A stretch of 55,792 bases of DNA, counting the filler, from Asterionella formosa (taxonomy: Eukaryota), in the NCBI GenBank assembly GCA_002256025.1. It is 4 parts of 4 records of this genome, joined end to end, with 100 filler letters (N's around TTAATTAATTAA, not from the genome) between each part and the next. Parts side by side here need not be neighbours in the genome. Positions count along the whole stretch, not along the records: positions 1 to 13,878 come from NKIB01006350.1; 3 more parts are not named here. The stretch is one strand, 5' to 3'. Shown one piece after another: positions 1 through 10,049 of the stretch (within the stretch, counting starts at the first letter, position 1; each line of letters opens with the position of its first letter). The position numbers were made by a program, and so were the translations under genes. The notes under the pieces were generated by a model. The model was not told where the DNA came from and did no database searches. It was given only the letters and a program-made list of their open reading frames with translations.

Positions 1-270
1 AACACCAGTATACATGTAATACTGACTATGGGTGGGTCTCCTGTTGGAAGCAAGTTTTTGATCATAAAAATCGCATGTAGAAACTTCACCAATCCGGTAC
101 ACCATCATTAGGGACAATACCAGGTACACTGGTACATGGTACCAGGGTAGACTAAAATTACCTTACGCACACATCACCGATACTCCGTATATTATTTTAG
201 TCGTCGAAGATCATTTTACAACTTGTTGTCTGGTTCAAATATTTTGTTTAGATCTGATTGCCATTCCATA

Positions 271-1335
271 ATGGCGAACAGTATTCCCAACCACCTTGTT
301 CTTCAGCTGGTTTCCTTAAGCGAGAACGTTCCCTGGTACGACCTGATGGACCTGAAACTCGTTTCCAAAGAATGGAAGCACGCGGTCGACACGACGATCT
401 CATACAATTCCGTTTGGAAGCAAATGGTCGACTTTTTGAATTCAGAAAACAGGCTTCACGAGTGCAATAGTTGTCATCGTCCAATGGCAAACGATGGGTC
501 CACGACAGATATTTGTGAATCGACCCTTTGTACCTGCGGGTGTGGGATCCCACAGACAGGCTTTCTCGGACAGTTCCTTGTCTCTTATGCCGCCATTACT
601 TCCAACGATCCGAGGACCTTGAGCATCATCAATCCCATGCTTAAAAATTTCTGCGATATTGATGCAAGCCTTCAAGCATATTCATTGTTCCGATATCATC
701 AGGCTACAATAAAGGCGATTGTTGAATGCTACCAGGACATGTACATTGAAGGTCATTTTCTGGACTTTATTGATGAAATTCATGGCGAGGATTATGGAAC
801 CAATTTGCGGTACGTCAAAGACCGAAATACAATGGCCTTTCGATTAATGACTAAATTGGTGAGTTTGATGGTGGCGAAAAATTGCCTAAAGAGCCGTGCT
901 GGTTCCTTAGTGTTCGAAATGATCTCAGAGGATCATGATGTTCACTTTCAAAATTTTGTTTGCGCCGTTGAAGACGAAGGCCTTCTGTCGCTAGTCTTTG
1001 GCTTTGAGCGCAAGGTTACCAATATGTTGAAACTTCTTCACTGTGATACTGCTGAACGTTTATTTGGAACAAAGTTAGCGAAGTCGATTGACATCCATAA
1101 CAACATCCGAGAAATCATGACCCTTCGAAAAGACGAAATCTTTCCGAAGGACTGGAATGCTACATATTGCCCGTCTGGCGTAGGTTTCTATTCTGATGAG
1201 GACGAAGAAGCCAACGAATCCGATGATGACAGAGAATATGAGATTGATGATCAACATGGGGACTATTTGGACAATTTGGTACCTAGTGACTCAGCATGCG
1301 AACGAAGCGGGACGAACAGGTTAATGGATGTGTGA
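271..1335 (+). CDS. Hypothetical protein with F-box-like N-terminus, Cys-rich segment and acidic C-tail
   Basis: Intronless ORF 223-1335, first ATG at 271. SIPNHLVLQLVSLSENVPWYDLMDLKLVSKEWKHAV resembles the F-box pattern (xP..L...L....DL..L.LVSKxW). Followed by CNSC...CESTLCTCGCG and a D/E-rich tail. Confidence 0.6.
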   Translation: MANSIPNHLVLQLVSLSENVPWYDLMDLKLVSKEWKHAVDTTISYNSVWKQMVDFLNSENRLHECNSCHRPMANDGSTTDICESTLCTCGCGIPQTGFLGQFLVSYAAITSNDPRTLSIINPMLKNFCDIDASLQAYSLFRYHQATIKAIVECYQDMYIEGHFLDFIDEIHGEDYGTNLRYVKDRNTMAFRLMTKLVSLMVAKNCLKSRAGSLVFEMISEDHDVHFQNFVCAVEDEGLLSLVFGFERKVTNMLKLLHCDTAERLFGTKLAKSIDIHNNIREIMTLRKDEIFPKDWNATYCPSGVGFYSDEDEEANESDDDREYEIDDQHGDYLDNLVPSDSACERSGTNRLMDV

Positions 1336-1938
1336 CGAAGCAATGGAACCCGACGAAATATGAGCTTCTGCTTTCACTCTCCCTCCCTACGTAGGGTAAA
1401 GCGCCGACAAGCCATTGTACCGGTATCGGTTCCAGGTAGTATGGTTAATCACATATCATACAGGTCGTATACTTTTCGTCAAACTATCCTTCAACCATTT
1501 ACAATCATCGCCTACTTGCTCTGAAGTGGATTACTGGATTCCTACAGTCTATGTGTGTAACGGTACCTGGTACATACCTTCCGCAAAAAGAAAATTTGAC
1601 CCGGTCCCTTGCAAGTTGCGGTAATTGCACTGAAACTAAGTATTTAGTTATCTTCATCCAACTTTAAATTGTTTATTTAAGCAAAATGACCGCAATTTGC
1701 TGGTATCATAAGCAGAGACTACCGGACTACCCGTATGTATATCGCGGTCACACTTTTTCGCGGTACCCTGGTACCCCTTGTACCTGGTAGGTAGTGTCCT
1801 TTGCAGGGCAGTAACGACCGTGTCATCTTGTCTCACATCACCATACCGGGTATCACCACACCACAAAAACCACCATCCAATGAATTGATCACGGAGCTAA
1901 GAATTCTGCTCGGATGTAAATACAAATAAATCAATGAG

Positions 1939-4900
1939 ATGGACGCCGTTTCACCTTCCAACGACCATCCAATCGCATTGAAGAAGCAATTCATAATCGG
2001 TGGCCCTGTGACTTGCGTTTATTTGCCTTCCAAAGAGTACTGTTGGGTCGGCAAGGGATGTTTTCTCGAGAGGTTCACGTTGGAGGGCTCGCATGAGAAT
2101 TGCCAACGATATACCATATTTCCTGACGGAGGAACGGTCCATGGATTGCGCCAAAATGGAGAAATTATGGTGATATTCGGAGGTCGCAAGGTTTCTGTCT
2201 GGAAGTCACGGGATGATACAGACTTGGCGAAATTGTCTCTGAAATCCTCGTGTTCATCATCCAAGCAAGACTATATCTTGGCCTCGGATTGGATTTGGGA
2301 TCTACGGATATCGCCAACGCAACAGGAGCATGTACTATCGAAAATAGCTCTGGCTCTCGCAAACAATGCATGCGAAATTTGGATTATTTGCAACGACTTA
2401 TCAGTCCAACGTACTCACAAGATCAATGGATCCACGCGCTCCCTAACGTATTCAATGTCGCTCCATGGCTGGCAAAATAGATCACCTGAACTGATACTTG
2501 CATCAGGAACAGTATTCAATGAAATTATTATATGGACTGTGATGGATGCTGCTGAGGCAGTGCCTGTGACAACACGACACGATACACATAGACTTCGAGG
2601 CCACCACGGAGTCATTTTGTCGGTTCAGTTTTCTGAGGACGGCATGATGCTGGCGTCCACCTCTGACGATCGATCGGTGAGACTTTGGAAATATGAAAAT
2701 GCAGGCTGGCAGTGTGCTTGGGTGAGCTGGGGTCACTCGGCTCGAGTGTGGAGCATAGCGTTTTCTTCTGTAGGCTTGGTAAGTACTGCAGAAGATGCAT
2801 CAGCACGAATATGGGATTTGTTGAACGGAAATCAGTTGGGAGAAATTCGAAGCTATACTTGTCACTCACTATGGAGGGTAAATGTATTCGAGAATTGGGC
2901 TCTGATAGGAGGTAATGATGGGTCTGCGAAACTCTACGATTTGGAGTCAAAGGCCTTTCGACAGGAGAATACCAATAATATTGTCAAAACGTACAGTACG
3001 GTCTTGTTGGTTCCCGATGATCGCAAACATTTCTCATATCTAGCTCCCGAGGTTGAAGACGTTGATGAAAATACATTCAAAAATGGAAAGAAGAAGTCAA
3101 AACCAGAACTTGCGAGTCAGGTGATTTTTGGGATGGAGTTTTGTGTTGTTCAAGGGCATCGCTGTCTCATCATAACCACGAGATCTGGTAGTACGTTATC
3201 GTTGTCAATGGACGATCTGAACTGGTCAAACATTTCACCGTGGTGGCTTCCCTCTATAGATAACGTTGAGGCAACCGATGGCTCGTGTATCGCCGTCAAT
3301 GAGAAACTCGGTACTTTGGTCGTTGGAACCACGAGGGGTGACATCCTGATATCTCCGCTTGTTGGTGAAAACCATAATATACCAACAGTAGGGACGGCTC
3401 ACAAATATAAATCAATCCACTCAGTATCTTGGATTGAGACGGACTCCTTTGTCGCAATGCACATCAATGGCATAGCAATTCTTTGGTGCGTTTCTGACAA
3501 AGGCCAACTGCTCCGAAAAAGAATTTTCCGTACAGGTCTGGGTGCTATTCCGACTTGCTGTTGTGTTGACCGTAGAAACAACCTAGTTGTTGGTGACAGT
3601 CGTGGAAATCTGATCGTCTTTGAGATTGACGGGCAGGGCGCTGAAAATAAAGAGATTCCACCAATCAGCCTAGGCAGCAAGTTTCACAAGAAAGAACACG
3701 TAAACGCAGTTGTCTGTCATCGTGACCGCTTCCTATCTGTGGGAAATGACGGGTGTGTGCATGAGAGCTATTTGGGTAAAGATGGAGTGTTGAACAAGAG
3801 TATATCTGTACCTTGTGCTACACTTTCGGGGTTGACTCATATTTGGGCCAACAACGATTCCGTGGTTGTTGCTGGTTACCATGGAAATATATTCATTGCT
3901 TTAGATCGCGTCACGGGATACGAAGAGTTTCGCGTTGAAACGGGAGGACGACAACGCAATCTAGCTTGCGTAATGGCTCACACAGGGTACGGTGTAGGAG
4001 TTTGTGTCAGCAACAAGGACGGGAGTAACAGTATCTCGCTCCATGTGGCTGTGGCTATGGCAGTCAACAAAGGGGGTCTTATTGTGCCCTCACGACGCAA
4101 TCTCGGTGCCGTGCTACATGGCGAGCCAGTCTTCGATATATCCATCTTTTCTTCTGCTCCCGACGCAAACTACGCCATGCTACTCACAGGAAGTGAGGAT
4201 TGCTCATCGAAAGTTATGGTCATCAAAGATGACTTAGTGATCCATTCAATACTTCTGCCACCACAAGAGAGCGGCATACGTGCTGTGTCCACAAGTCGCC
4301 ACCACAATTCTCGTTCGACATTGCTGGTCCAATGCGGTGGAAAACTCGTTATTAATTTCTTCCTCCTCGTAGATTGCACAGATAACAAGGAGGCCATGGT
4401 GACATTCGACCTGTCTGTTTCATTCCTGAAGACTGGCCGCTTCCTGTCGAAATCAACGGTTGATCATAGAATCAATGCGGTGTGCTCCGTCCCCCTTGAG
4501 AGTGAAGACGGTAAACGTTGGCACGCAGTAGCGACGGGGGATTCCAATGGCTGTGTCAACCTCTTTCTTGTTTCAGAAAATGTAGATCAACGCTCTGCAG
4601 CCACGAGTTTGCTGTTGTCTGGGGATTTGCGCGCTGTGTTGTCGTTGTGTTTCCTAAGGGTAGGTAACCGCCTTCTAATATTTGCTGGTACAACAGGTGG
4701 AGATATCATTATATGGAGCCTGCATAGCACTTGGGAGCACTATGAAAACCAACGTTTCGACTGCGCCCCTATCTGGTCGTACAAAGCGCACCAGTCGGGG
4801 ACTAATTCAATCGATGCCCGGTTAGTATCGACTGAGGCGACAAGGTCTAACATTCGAATCTGCAGTGGCGGAGATGACCAAGCCATCACAGTTTGCAGCG

Positions 4901-5238
4901 CTATTTTGAATAACAACTATGGAGAAAATTTAGCTTTTAATGCCTTATCGCTTCACACGACGAACAACGCAAGTCGCTCTGCAATCAAAGGCGTTAAACT
5001 TATCACCGTCGATCGATTATTGTCAGTTGGTTACAGCCAAAGACTTGCGATGTGGGAGATCAACACCGAGTCTTGTGAACTAACATTATCAACCTCCACT
5101 CCAATCGACATAGCTGACGTAAGTAGCCTCTCACTTTTCTTTATCGGCGGAGCTGGGGAACTGGAACGAAGCGTAGCAGTAATCGGAGGTGAAGGCGTTG
5201 AATTGCAACAAATTATGTCTTCCAATATGAACCCCTAA
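1939..5238 (+). CDS. WDR6: WD40-repeat protein WDR6/Trm734 (regulator of tRNA 2'-O-methyltransferase Trm7/FTSJ1)
   Basis: 1099-aa ORF with WD40 repeats and WDR6-type motifs: ASGTVFNEIIIW, LRGHHGVILSVQFS...STSDDRSVRLW, WGHSARVW, ETGGRQR, LHGEPV, TGSED, AHQSGTNSI, SGGDDQAI. Confidence 0.85.
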   Translation: MDAVSPSNDHPIALKKQFIIGGPVTCVYLPSKEYCWVGKGCFLERFTLEGSHENCQRYTIFPDGGTVHGLRQNGEIMVIFGGRKVSVWKSRDDTDLAKLSLKSSCSSSKQDYILASDWIWDLRISPTQQEHVLSKIALALANNACEIWIICNDLSVQRTHKINGSTRSLTYSMSLHGWQNRSPELILASGTVFNEIIIWTVMDAAEAVPVTTRHDTHRLRGHHGVILSVQFSEDGMMLASTSDDRSVRLWKYENAGWQCAWVSWGHSARVWSIAFSSVGLVSTAEDASARIWDLLNGNQLGEIRSYTCHSLWRVNVFENWALIGGNDGSAKLYDLESKAFRQENTNNIVKTYSTVLLVPDDRKHFSYLAPEVEDVDENTFKNGKKKSKPELASQVIFGMEFCVVQGHRCLIITTRSGSTLSLSMDDLNWSNISPWWLPSIDNVEATDGSCIAVNEKLGTLVVGTTRGDILISPLVGENHNIPTVGTAHKYKSIHSVSWIETDSFVAMHINGIAILWCVSDKGQLLRKRIFRTGLGAIPTCCCVDRRNNLVVGDSRGNLIVFEIDGQGAENKEIPPISLGSKFHKKEHVNAVVCHRDRFLSVGNDGCVHESYLGKDGVLNKSISVPCATLSGLTHIWANNDSVVVAGYHGNIFIALDRVTGYEEFRVETGGRQRNLACVMAHTGYGVGVCVSNKDGSNSISLHVAVAMAVNKGGLIVPSRRNLGAVLHGEPVFDISIFSSAPDANYAMLLTGSEDCSSKVMVIKDDLVIHSILLPPQESGIRAVSTSRHHNSRSTLLVQCGGKLVINFFLLVDCTDNKEAMVTFDLSVSFLKTGRFLSKSTVDHRINAVCSVPLESEDGKRWHAVATGDSNGCVNLFLVSENVDQRSAATSLLLSGDLRAVLSLCFLRVGNRLLIFAGTTGGDIIIWSLHSTWEHYENQRFDCAPIWSYKAHQSGTNSIDARLVSTEATRSNIRICSGGDDQAITVCSAILNNNYGENLAFNALSLHTTNNASRSAIKGVKLITVDRLLSVGYSQRLAMWEINTESCELTLSTSTPIDIADVSSLSLFFIGGAGELERSVAVIGGEGVELQQIMSSNMNP

Positions 5239-5279
5239 ACATCTTCCAAGAATAGTAAAATTCAATCCTTGCTGACTGT

Positions 5280-7403
5280 TTAGAAGACGACGATCGAGGT
5301 GATTCGTGTGAACGGCACTTTCCCCTCTTTTTCGGCTGTTCCGATTAAAACTCGTAATTCAAATTGGCCCTCACTGTTGGGCTTGAAGTGATAGTCTCCA
5401 GTGCTGTGTTGCAAAATACCACATTCTTCAAGTTTGGTGACATTTGTGACCATAACGCCATTCACTTCGAGCTTCAATTGTCCGTCCACTATCTCATTGG
5501 TTTGCATCTCGCCTTCCGGACACTTACCCCAATCACACTTCACGAAACAAAGCACAATGACTCCTTCAGGTTCATATGCCCCTTCACCAATGTAATATTC
5601 CATTTCAGCTTTGTTTGGAACCGTGAGCGATGTCCATCCATCATTTTGAGTTGTGTAAAAGAAATCTTTGTAATCCCACTTCACATCAACGGGACAATTG
5701 GCTTGTCGCGTCGAAGTGTCAAAGGTCAAGCGCATCTGGCGTTTGTGTTTCTCGCTTTCGCTGGCTACATCGGAATCTGCTTGCATCTGTGAAACTCCCT
5801 TCTCATAACCATGAGTACCCACCATGTCCGTCTCTGTCAAGATACCCAAATATCGAATTTCTGCTGGAAGGAGGGCAGTATGGCAAATTATTCGAGTCTT
5901 TCGAAACATCCTGGCAATGACATTCACCAGGACCTCATCCTCAAATTCAAAAAAATCACCGACAGAAGCTCCTGTGATCTGGGGCTGTGAGACATAAAAA
6001 GTTGAATATTCTGCCTCTTCTTCCGCAATCAACGATCCTAAATTTTTCGCTGAATCATATGGTTCCAGCCCTAATTCCTTGATCGCATCAATAAGCATGT
6101 CAGATAAGAAAAGACCCATAATGGTACCGTAAGCAGCATGGACGCGCCAGCCTGGATGCCAGCTGGTCATCCCCTCGCGAAGCGGGCAAATAGCTTTATT
6201 GAATTTTTTATCGCCACAAGTAGGGTCTCCCTTCTCCAAGATGCCCTTGCATTTTAAATCACGAGCATATGGAGCGATTTTCGACATCTGATCTTCAGAC
6301 ATACCGAACATGTCCGGGATGCCTTTTTCTAAATCCTGCCATTTTTCGGGATTCATATACATGGCCGTCAAACCTTGATCTTCCACAATTTTGATCTGTT
6401 CTAGTCTGTTGTTAAATTGCCTTCCGGCAATGTTTAGATCAACAATAGCAGGCTTGTTGCGGTTCATTCCAATACGATTGGCATAAAATAGCTTCTTAAA
6501 GTAACTGCGACCGTCGGTCATTCCGAAGTCCCAGCTGATCAAGTCAACATCAATGCCAAACAAGGATTCGAGACATAGAGAAATCTCGGGACCACTACTC
6601 ATTCCTCCCATGGCATAATTTCGCCCAACAAAGTCAATCCCAACCGCTAGAAAGACATTCATCACCGACCTCTCCATATATGCTGTGTACGACTCATTGT
6701 ATAAGTTACCATGACCAGCGGCAGCAGAGTGACCACCCGTCGCCCACACAAACTTAGAATAGGATCTGGGTATTTCAGGCAAGGTGACTTCGTCATTGTT
6801 GGTATTTCCGTCTTGATGTCGACTCCCGATCATTGTGGCGACACAATTACAGCCCAACAGACTCGATTCTTCCTTAAGAACCGCGCTCTGGACTTCCAGA
6901 AGTTTTATCTTAAGCTTGCGACGGAATCGTGCTTTAGATGGCCCCTGATCCGTAGGATTTGAACTTTTGTCCCCAGCTCCCCAGAATGCGGTGTAGCCAC
7001 GAGAGGTTCCGTCTGGTTCTTCAAACATGGCCTTGAATACATCCTCGCCGTAGTCTTGCTTTAAAGTTTTTATCATCTCCTCACGCGCCTTGGTGGCCAG
7101 GGCAAGAACGTCTTGGGGAAGGAGCAAATTTCCCCCGTGGTGACTGATTCGCTGGGCCAAGCGCGCCTCGCAAAAGTTGGAGCATTGCATCGGGGGTATT
7201 TTGGAATGCCTATCCCTTTCATTATAGGATGGATTGGCGGTTTCCTCTTTGTTATTTTCTCTGGGAATAAGAATCAAGGTGACCGCAGCGATGGCAGTGA
7301 TGATGCCAAGGACGCGCTGGATGACTCCAACACGGAAGCGATAGCCGGAATTGCTACCTTGCATTGCTGTCAGCGGGACCGCTTCTTGTTTAGAAAAGCT
7401 CAT
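5280..7403 (-). CDS. Type II membrane protein with SGNH/GDSL-hydrolase-like domain, paralog 1
   Basis: 707-aa ORF with one N-terminal TM helix (VLGIITAIAAVTLILIP). SGNH-like blocks WATGGHSAAAGHG, NYAMGG, WDFGMTD, SWHPGWRVH. Strongly similar to 11620-13764. Confidence 0.75.
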   Translation of the reverse strand: MSFSKQEAVPLTAMQGSNSGYRFRVGVIQRVLGIITAIAAVTLILIPRENNKEETANPSYNERDRHSKIPPMQCSNFCEARLAQRISHHGGNLLLPQDVLALATKAREEMIKTLKQDYGEDVFKAMFEEPDGTSRGYTAFWGAGDKSSNPTDQGPSKARFRRKLKIKLLEVQSAVLKEESSLLGCNCVATMIGSRHQDGNTNNDEVTLPEIPRSYSKFVWATGGHSAAAGHGNLYNESYTAYMERSVMNVFLAVGIDFVGRNYAMGGMSSGPEISLCLESLFGIDVDLISWDFGMTDGRSYFKKLFYANRIGMNRNKPAIVDLNIAGRQFNNRLEQIKIVEDQGLTAMYMNPEKWQDLEKGIPDMFGMSEDQMSKIAPYARDLKCKGILEKGDPTCGDKKFNKAICPLREGMTSWHPGWRVHAAYGTIMGLFLSDMLIDAIKELGLEPYDSAKNLGSLIAEEEAEYSTFYVSQPQITGASVGDFFEFEDEVLVNVIARMFRKTRIICHTALLPAEIRYLGILTETDMVGTHGYEKGVSQMQADSDVASESEKHKRQMRLTFDTSTRQANCPVDVKWDYKDFFYTTQNDGWTSLTVPNKAEMEYYIGEGAYEPEGVIVLCFVKCDWGKCPEGEMQTNEIVDGQLKLEVNGVMVTNVTKLEECGILQHSTGDYHFKPNSEGQFELRVLIGTAEKEGKVPFTRITSIVVF

Positions 7404-7706
7404 GGTGTCACTGTCCTTGAATCTGCACGATTGAACAGAGTGAAAAATCTAGATGTCACGATCCCAATAGATGGACAAAGCAAGTAACAGGGTACCACTG
7501 TAAATACCCATCATAAGGTGCTGTATTCTATCGATGCACAAAAGAAGGAGACCAATAGAAAATGGGCCGAGAGTGTCGGATATTGTATCTCCTCAAAATA
7601 TTGCACAGGCGCCGAGAAAACGGTACCAGGTACCAGGTACACCAAATTGGATGACCTGCTTTGGTCAAATAACGTTAAATGGCGCCTCGTCTAGCGCGCT
7701 TTAGCA

Positions 7707-9980
7707 CTGCTGAAGACAATACACGCACGAGGTGGTCTCATGCCTGCGAGAACACATGTATTCGAGAAGGCAAGTAAGTAGCCGCTGAGAAGGGCGTCGG
7801 GTCATTCGCTTACCTACTGCCCATAAATAAAGCATAAATGTCAATTTTAGCCTACTATTGCCCATCATACAAAGTATATTTCGTATATTTCCTATATTCA
7901 CCTCGAAAATTGCCAAAGGTCCGATATTGCCCATTATCAAATCATCAAAATATATTTTGTCTATTTCATATCATCGCATTTTGGCAAGACAACAGACGCC
8001 AATTGCCCCCCGGTTTTCCAGCCCTGGGATTGCCAAAATCGGCAAGGGGTCTACTTAAGGAAACTGTTTCATATACTCAACAGCTTTTAATAAATTTACA
8101 TCTAGAATTCACCTCGTTTTTATTTGTCTCCTGAAAAGTGGACTCCGGCAATTCACCTTTCACCATGCCAATTGTTGTCCATCATGACCGGTTTGAAGCA
8201 AAATCAGTTCAGTGATGATGCCAGCAGCGATTCGTTGTCTAATGGATGTGTTTGGTTGTGGTTGTATTGCTTGTCTTCTCGAGGGATTCATGTAGTTGCA
8301 TCATCCATATTTCGTCGGACGAACGATGATATCAATACATCTAATGTTGGTGGCAAGTTTTTGCTCCAGTCATGCATCTGATGATGCTGCCTCAATGGAT
8401 ACTCTACCGGTTGTCATCTAGTCTAGATATCTACGTGGTACTAAAACCAAGCATCCATGGTTTAAGCTAAACTTTAACACTTACTTTGAACACGTTATTA
8501 TATTATCTCTGTAGACTCGGTATTATTTTTACGAGACCAGAATGTTAAATTATATCATTCACTTTTTATTGATTGATTTTATGTACCCTGATAATGTATG
8601 CCCAATTTCGTCCTCACAATTATAATTCTCACTCTATCCTAGTACCTGTTTTTGCTCAATTCGGGCTTGCAACAGGAACTTTCAACTTTCTTATGAGCCC
8701 ATTGTCTGCTGCGTTAGAGCGGACTGGTGAGTACAACAGTCAAACACTGAATGTGATCATAGATACGATTGTCGAATTTCCGATTTGATTGCTTCCATAG
8801 TCTGTTTTGATCGCTTCTATCGTTCTTTGTCGTTCCGCGCTGTCGTTTTGATTCGATTGTAACTATCTACACAAGGGCATTTGTATTTATCAATGACTAN
8901 NNNNNNNNNNNNNNNNNNNNNNNNNNNNNNNNNNNNNNNNNNNNNNNNNNNNNNNNNNNNNNNNNNNNNNNNNNNNNNNNNNNNNNNNNNNNNNNNNNNN
9001 NNNNNNNNNNNNNNNNNNNNNNNNNNNNNNNNNNNNNNNNNNNNNNNNNNNNNNNNNNNNNNNNNNNNNNNNNNNNNNNNNNNNNNNNNNNNNNNNNNNN
9101 NNNNNNNNNNNNNNNNNNNNNNNNNNNNNNNNNNNNNNNNNNNNNNNNNNNNNNNNNNNNNNNNNNNNNNNNNNNNNNNNNNNNNNNNNNNNNNNNNNNN
9201 NNNNNNNNNNNNNNNNNNNNNNNNNNNNNNNNNNNNNNNNNNNNNNNNNNNNNNNNNNNNNNNNNNNNNNNNNNNNNNNNNNNNNNNNNNNNGAGGAAAG
9301 ACTGCTACTGGTGTCAGGCTACTACAGCGATGTGAATGGTTGCAGCAACCAGATCATCTACACTACATAATGATGCAGGTATAAATGGGGTTCAGCTTTT
9401 TTCTTCTTATTTCGGTCTTCGATTGTGTGGTGATGGAAAGTCAATGTTGCCTGTGTAAGTACTAAAATATCACAATGCATACTACATTTCCATTGAAACT
9501 CCTATAAATTGGTTTCTGCTTTTTCTTGTTATTTCGTTCTTTGATTCTTGTGTAGTAATAGAAAGTCAATGTTGCCTGTGAAAGTACTACAATATCACAA
9601 TGCATACTACGTCTCCTTTGAAACTCCTATTTTTTTACTTCCTTTCTAACCCAAATCAATTTTTTCCATTTCTTATTTGATGCTACTTATTACATGATCG
9701 CATTTCCTACTTTGGTGCTTGCCCCAAACATCATGTTCAATTTTCATTGATGTTGCATGTTACAATCATTCTCGTGTGTTTTACGCTTGTTGTACCATCT
9801 CTTTGCATATTACCGTTATTCTGGTTGTCATGCTAAAATCAGCAATTTTAATGCCGAAAAATTCGATGTGCCCCATATTGCCCCTAAATAAAAATTACTT
9901 AACAAATTACTTCAAGCCTAAAAATTACTTAGAAGTACCGGAATGGCAAGATGATAGCTGAAGCGGGAAGCGGGAATTGC
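7707..9980 (+). mobile_element. Non-coding dispersed repeat, putative non-autonomous transposon, copy 1
   Basis: Collinear with the reverse complement of ~39861-41712 (e.g. CACCTCGAAAATTGCCAAAGGTCC, CCTGAAAAGTGGACTCC, CATCATGTTCAATTTTCATTGATGTTGCATGTT). No long ORF. Contains an N gap at 8900-9292. Confidence 0.8.
9381..9630. repeat. ~125-bp tandem duplication (2 diverged units) inside repeat copy 1
   Basis: GAAAGTCAATGTTGCCTGTG..AAGTACTA.AATATCACAATGCATACTAC...TTGAAACTCCTAT occurs twice. Copy 2 (~40200-40330) has a single unit. Confidence 0.8.
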
Positions 9981-10049
9981 CCTGGAATGACCAGTCAAGA
10001 TCTTTCTCACACCACTCGTTTGCGTCTTGTTCTGCTATATAGATACTGT

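Noticed and set aside
8881..9384. ORFs spanning N runs (also 16470-16744)
   Set aside because: They are open only because of gaps at 8900-9292 and 16520-16704.
9719..9961. Similar short ORFs in both repeat copies (9719-9961 and 39738-40151)
   Set aside because: The similarity comes from shared nucleotide repeat sequence. Starts and stops differ and there is no recognisable domain.
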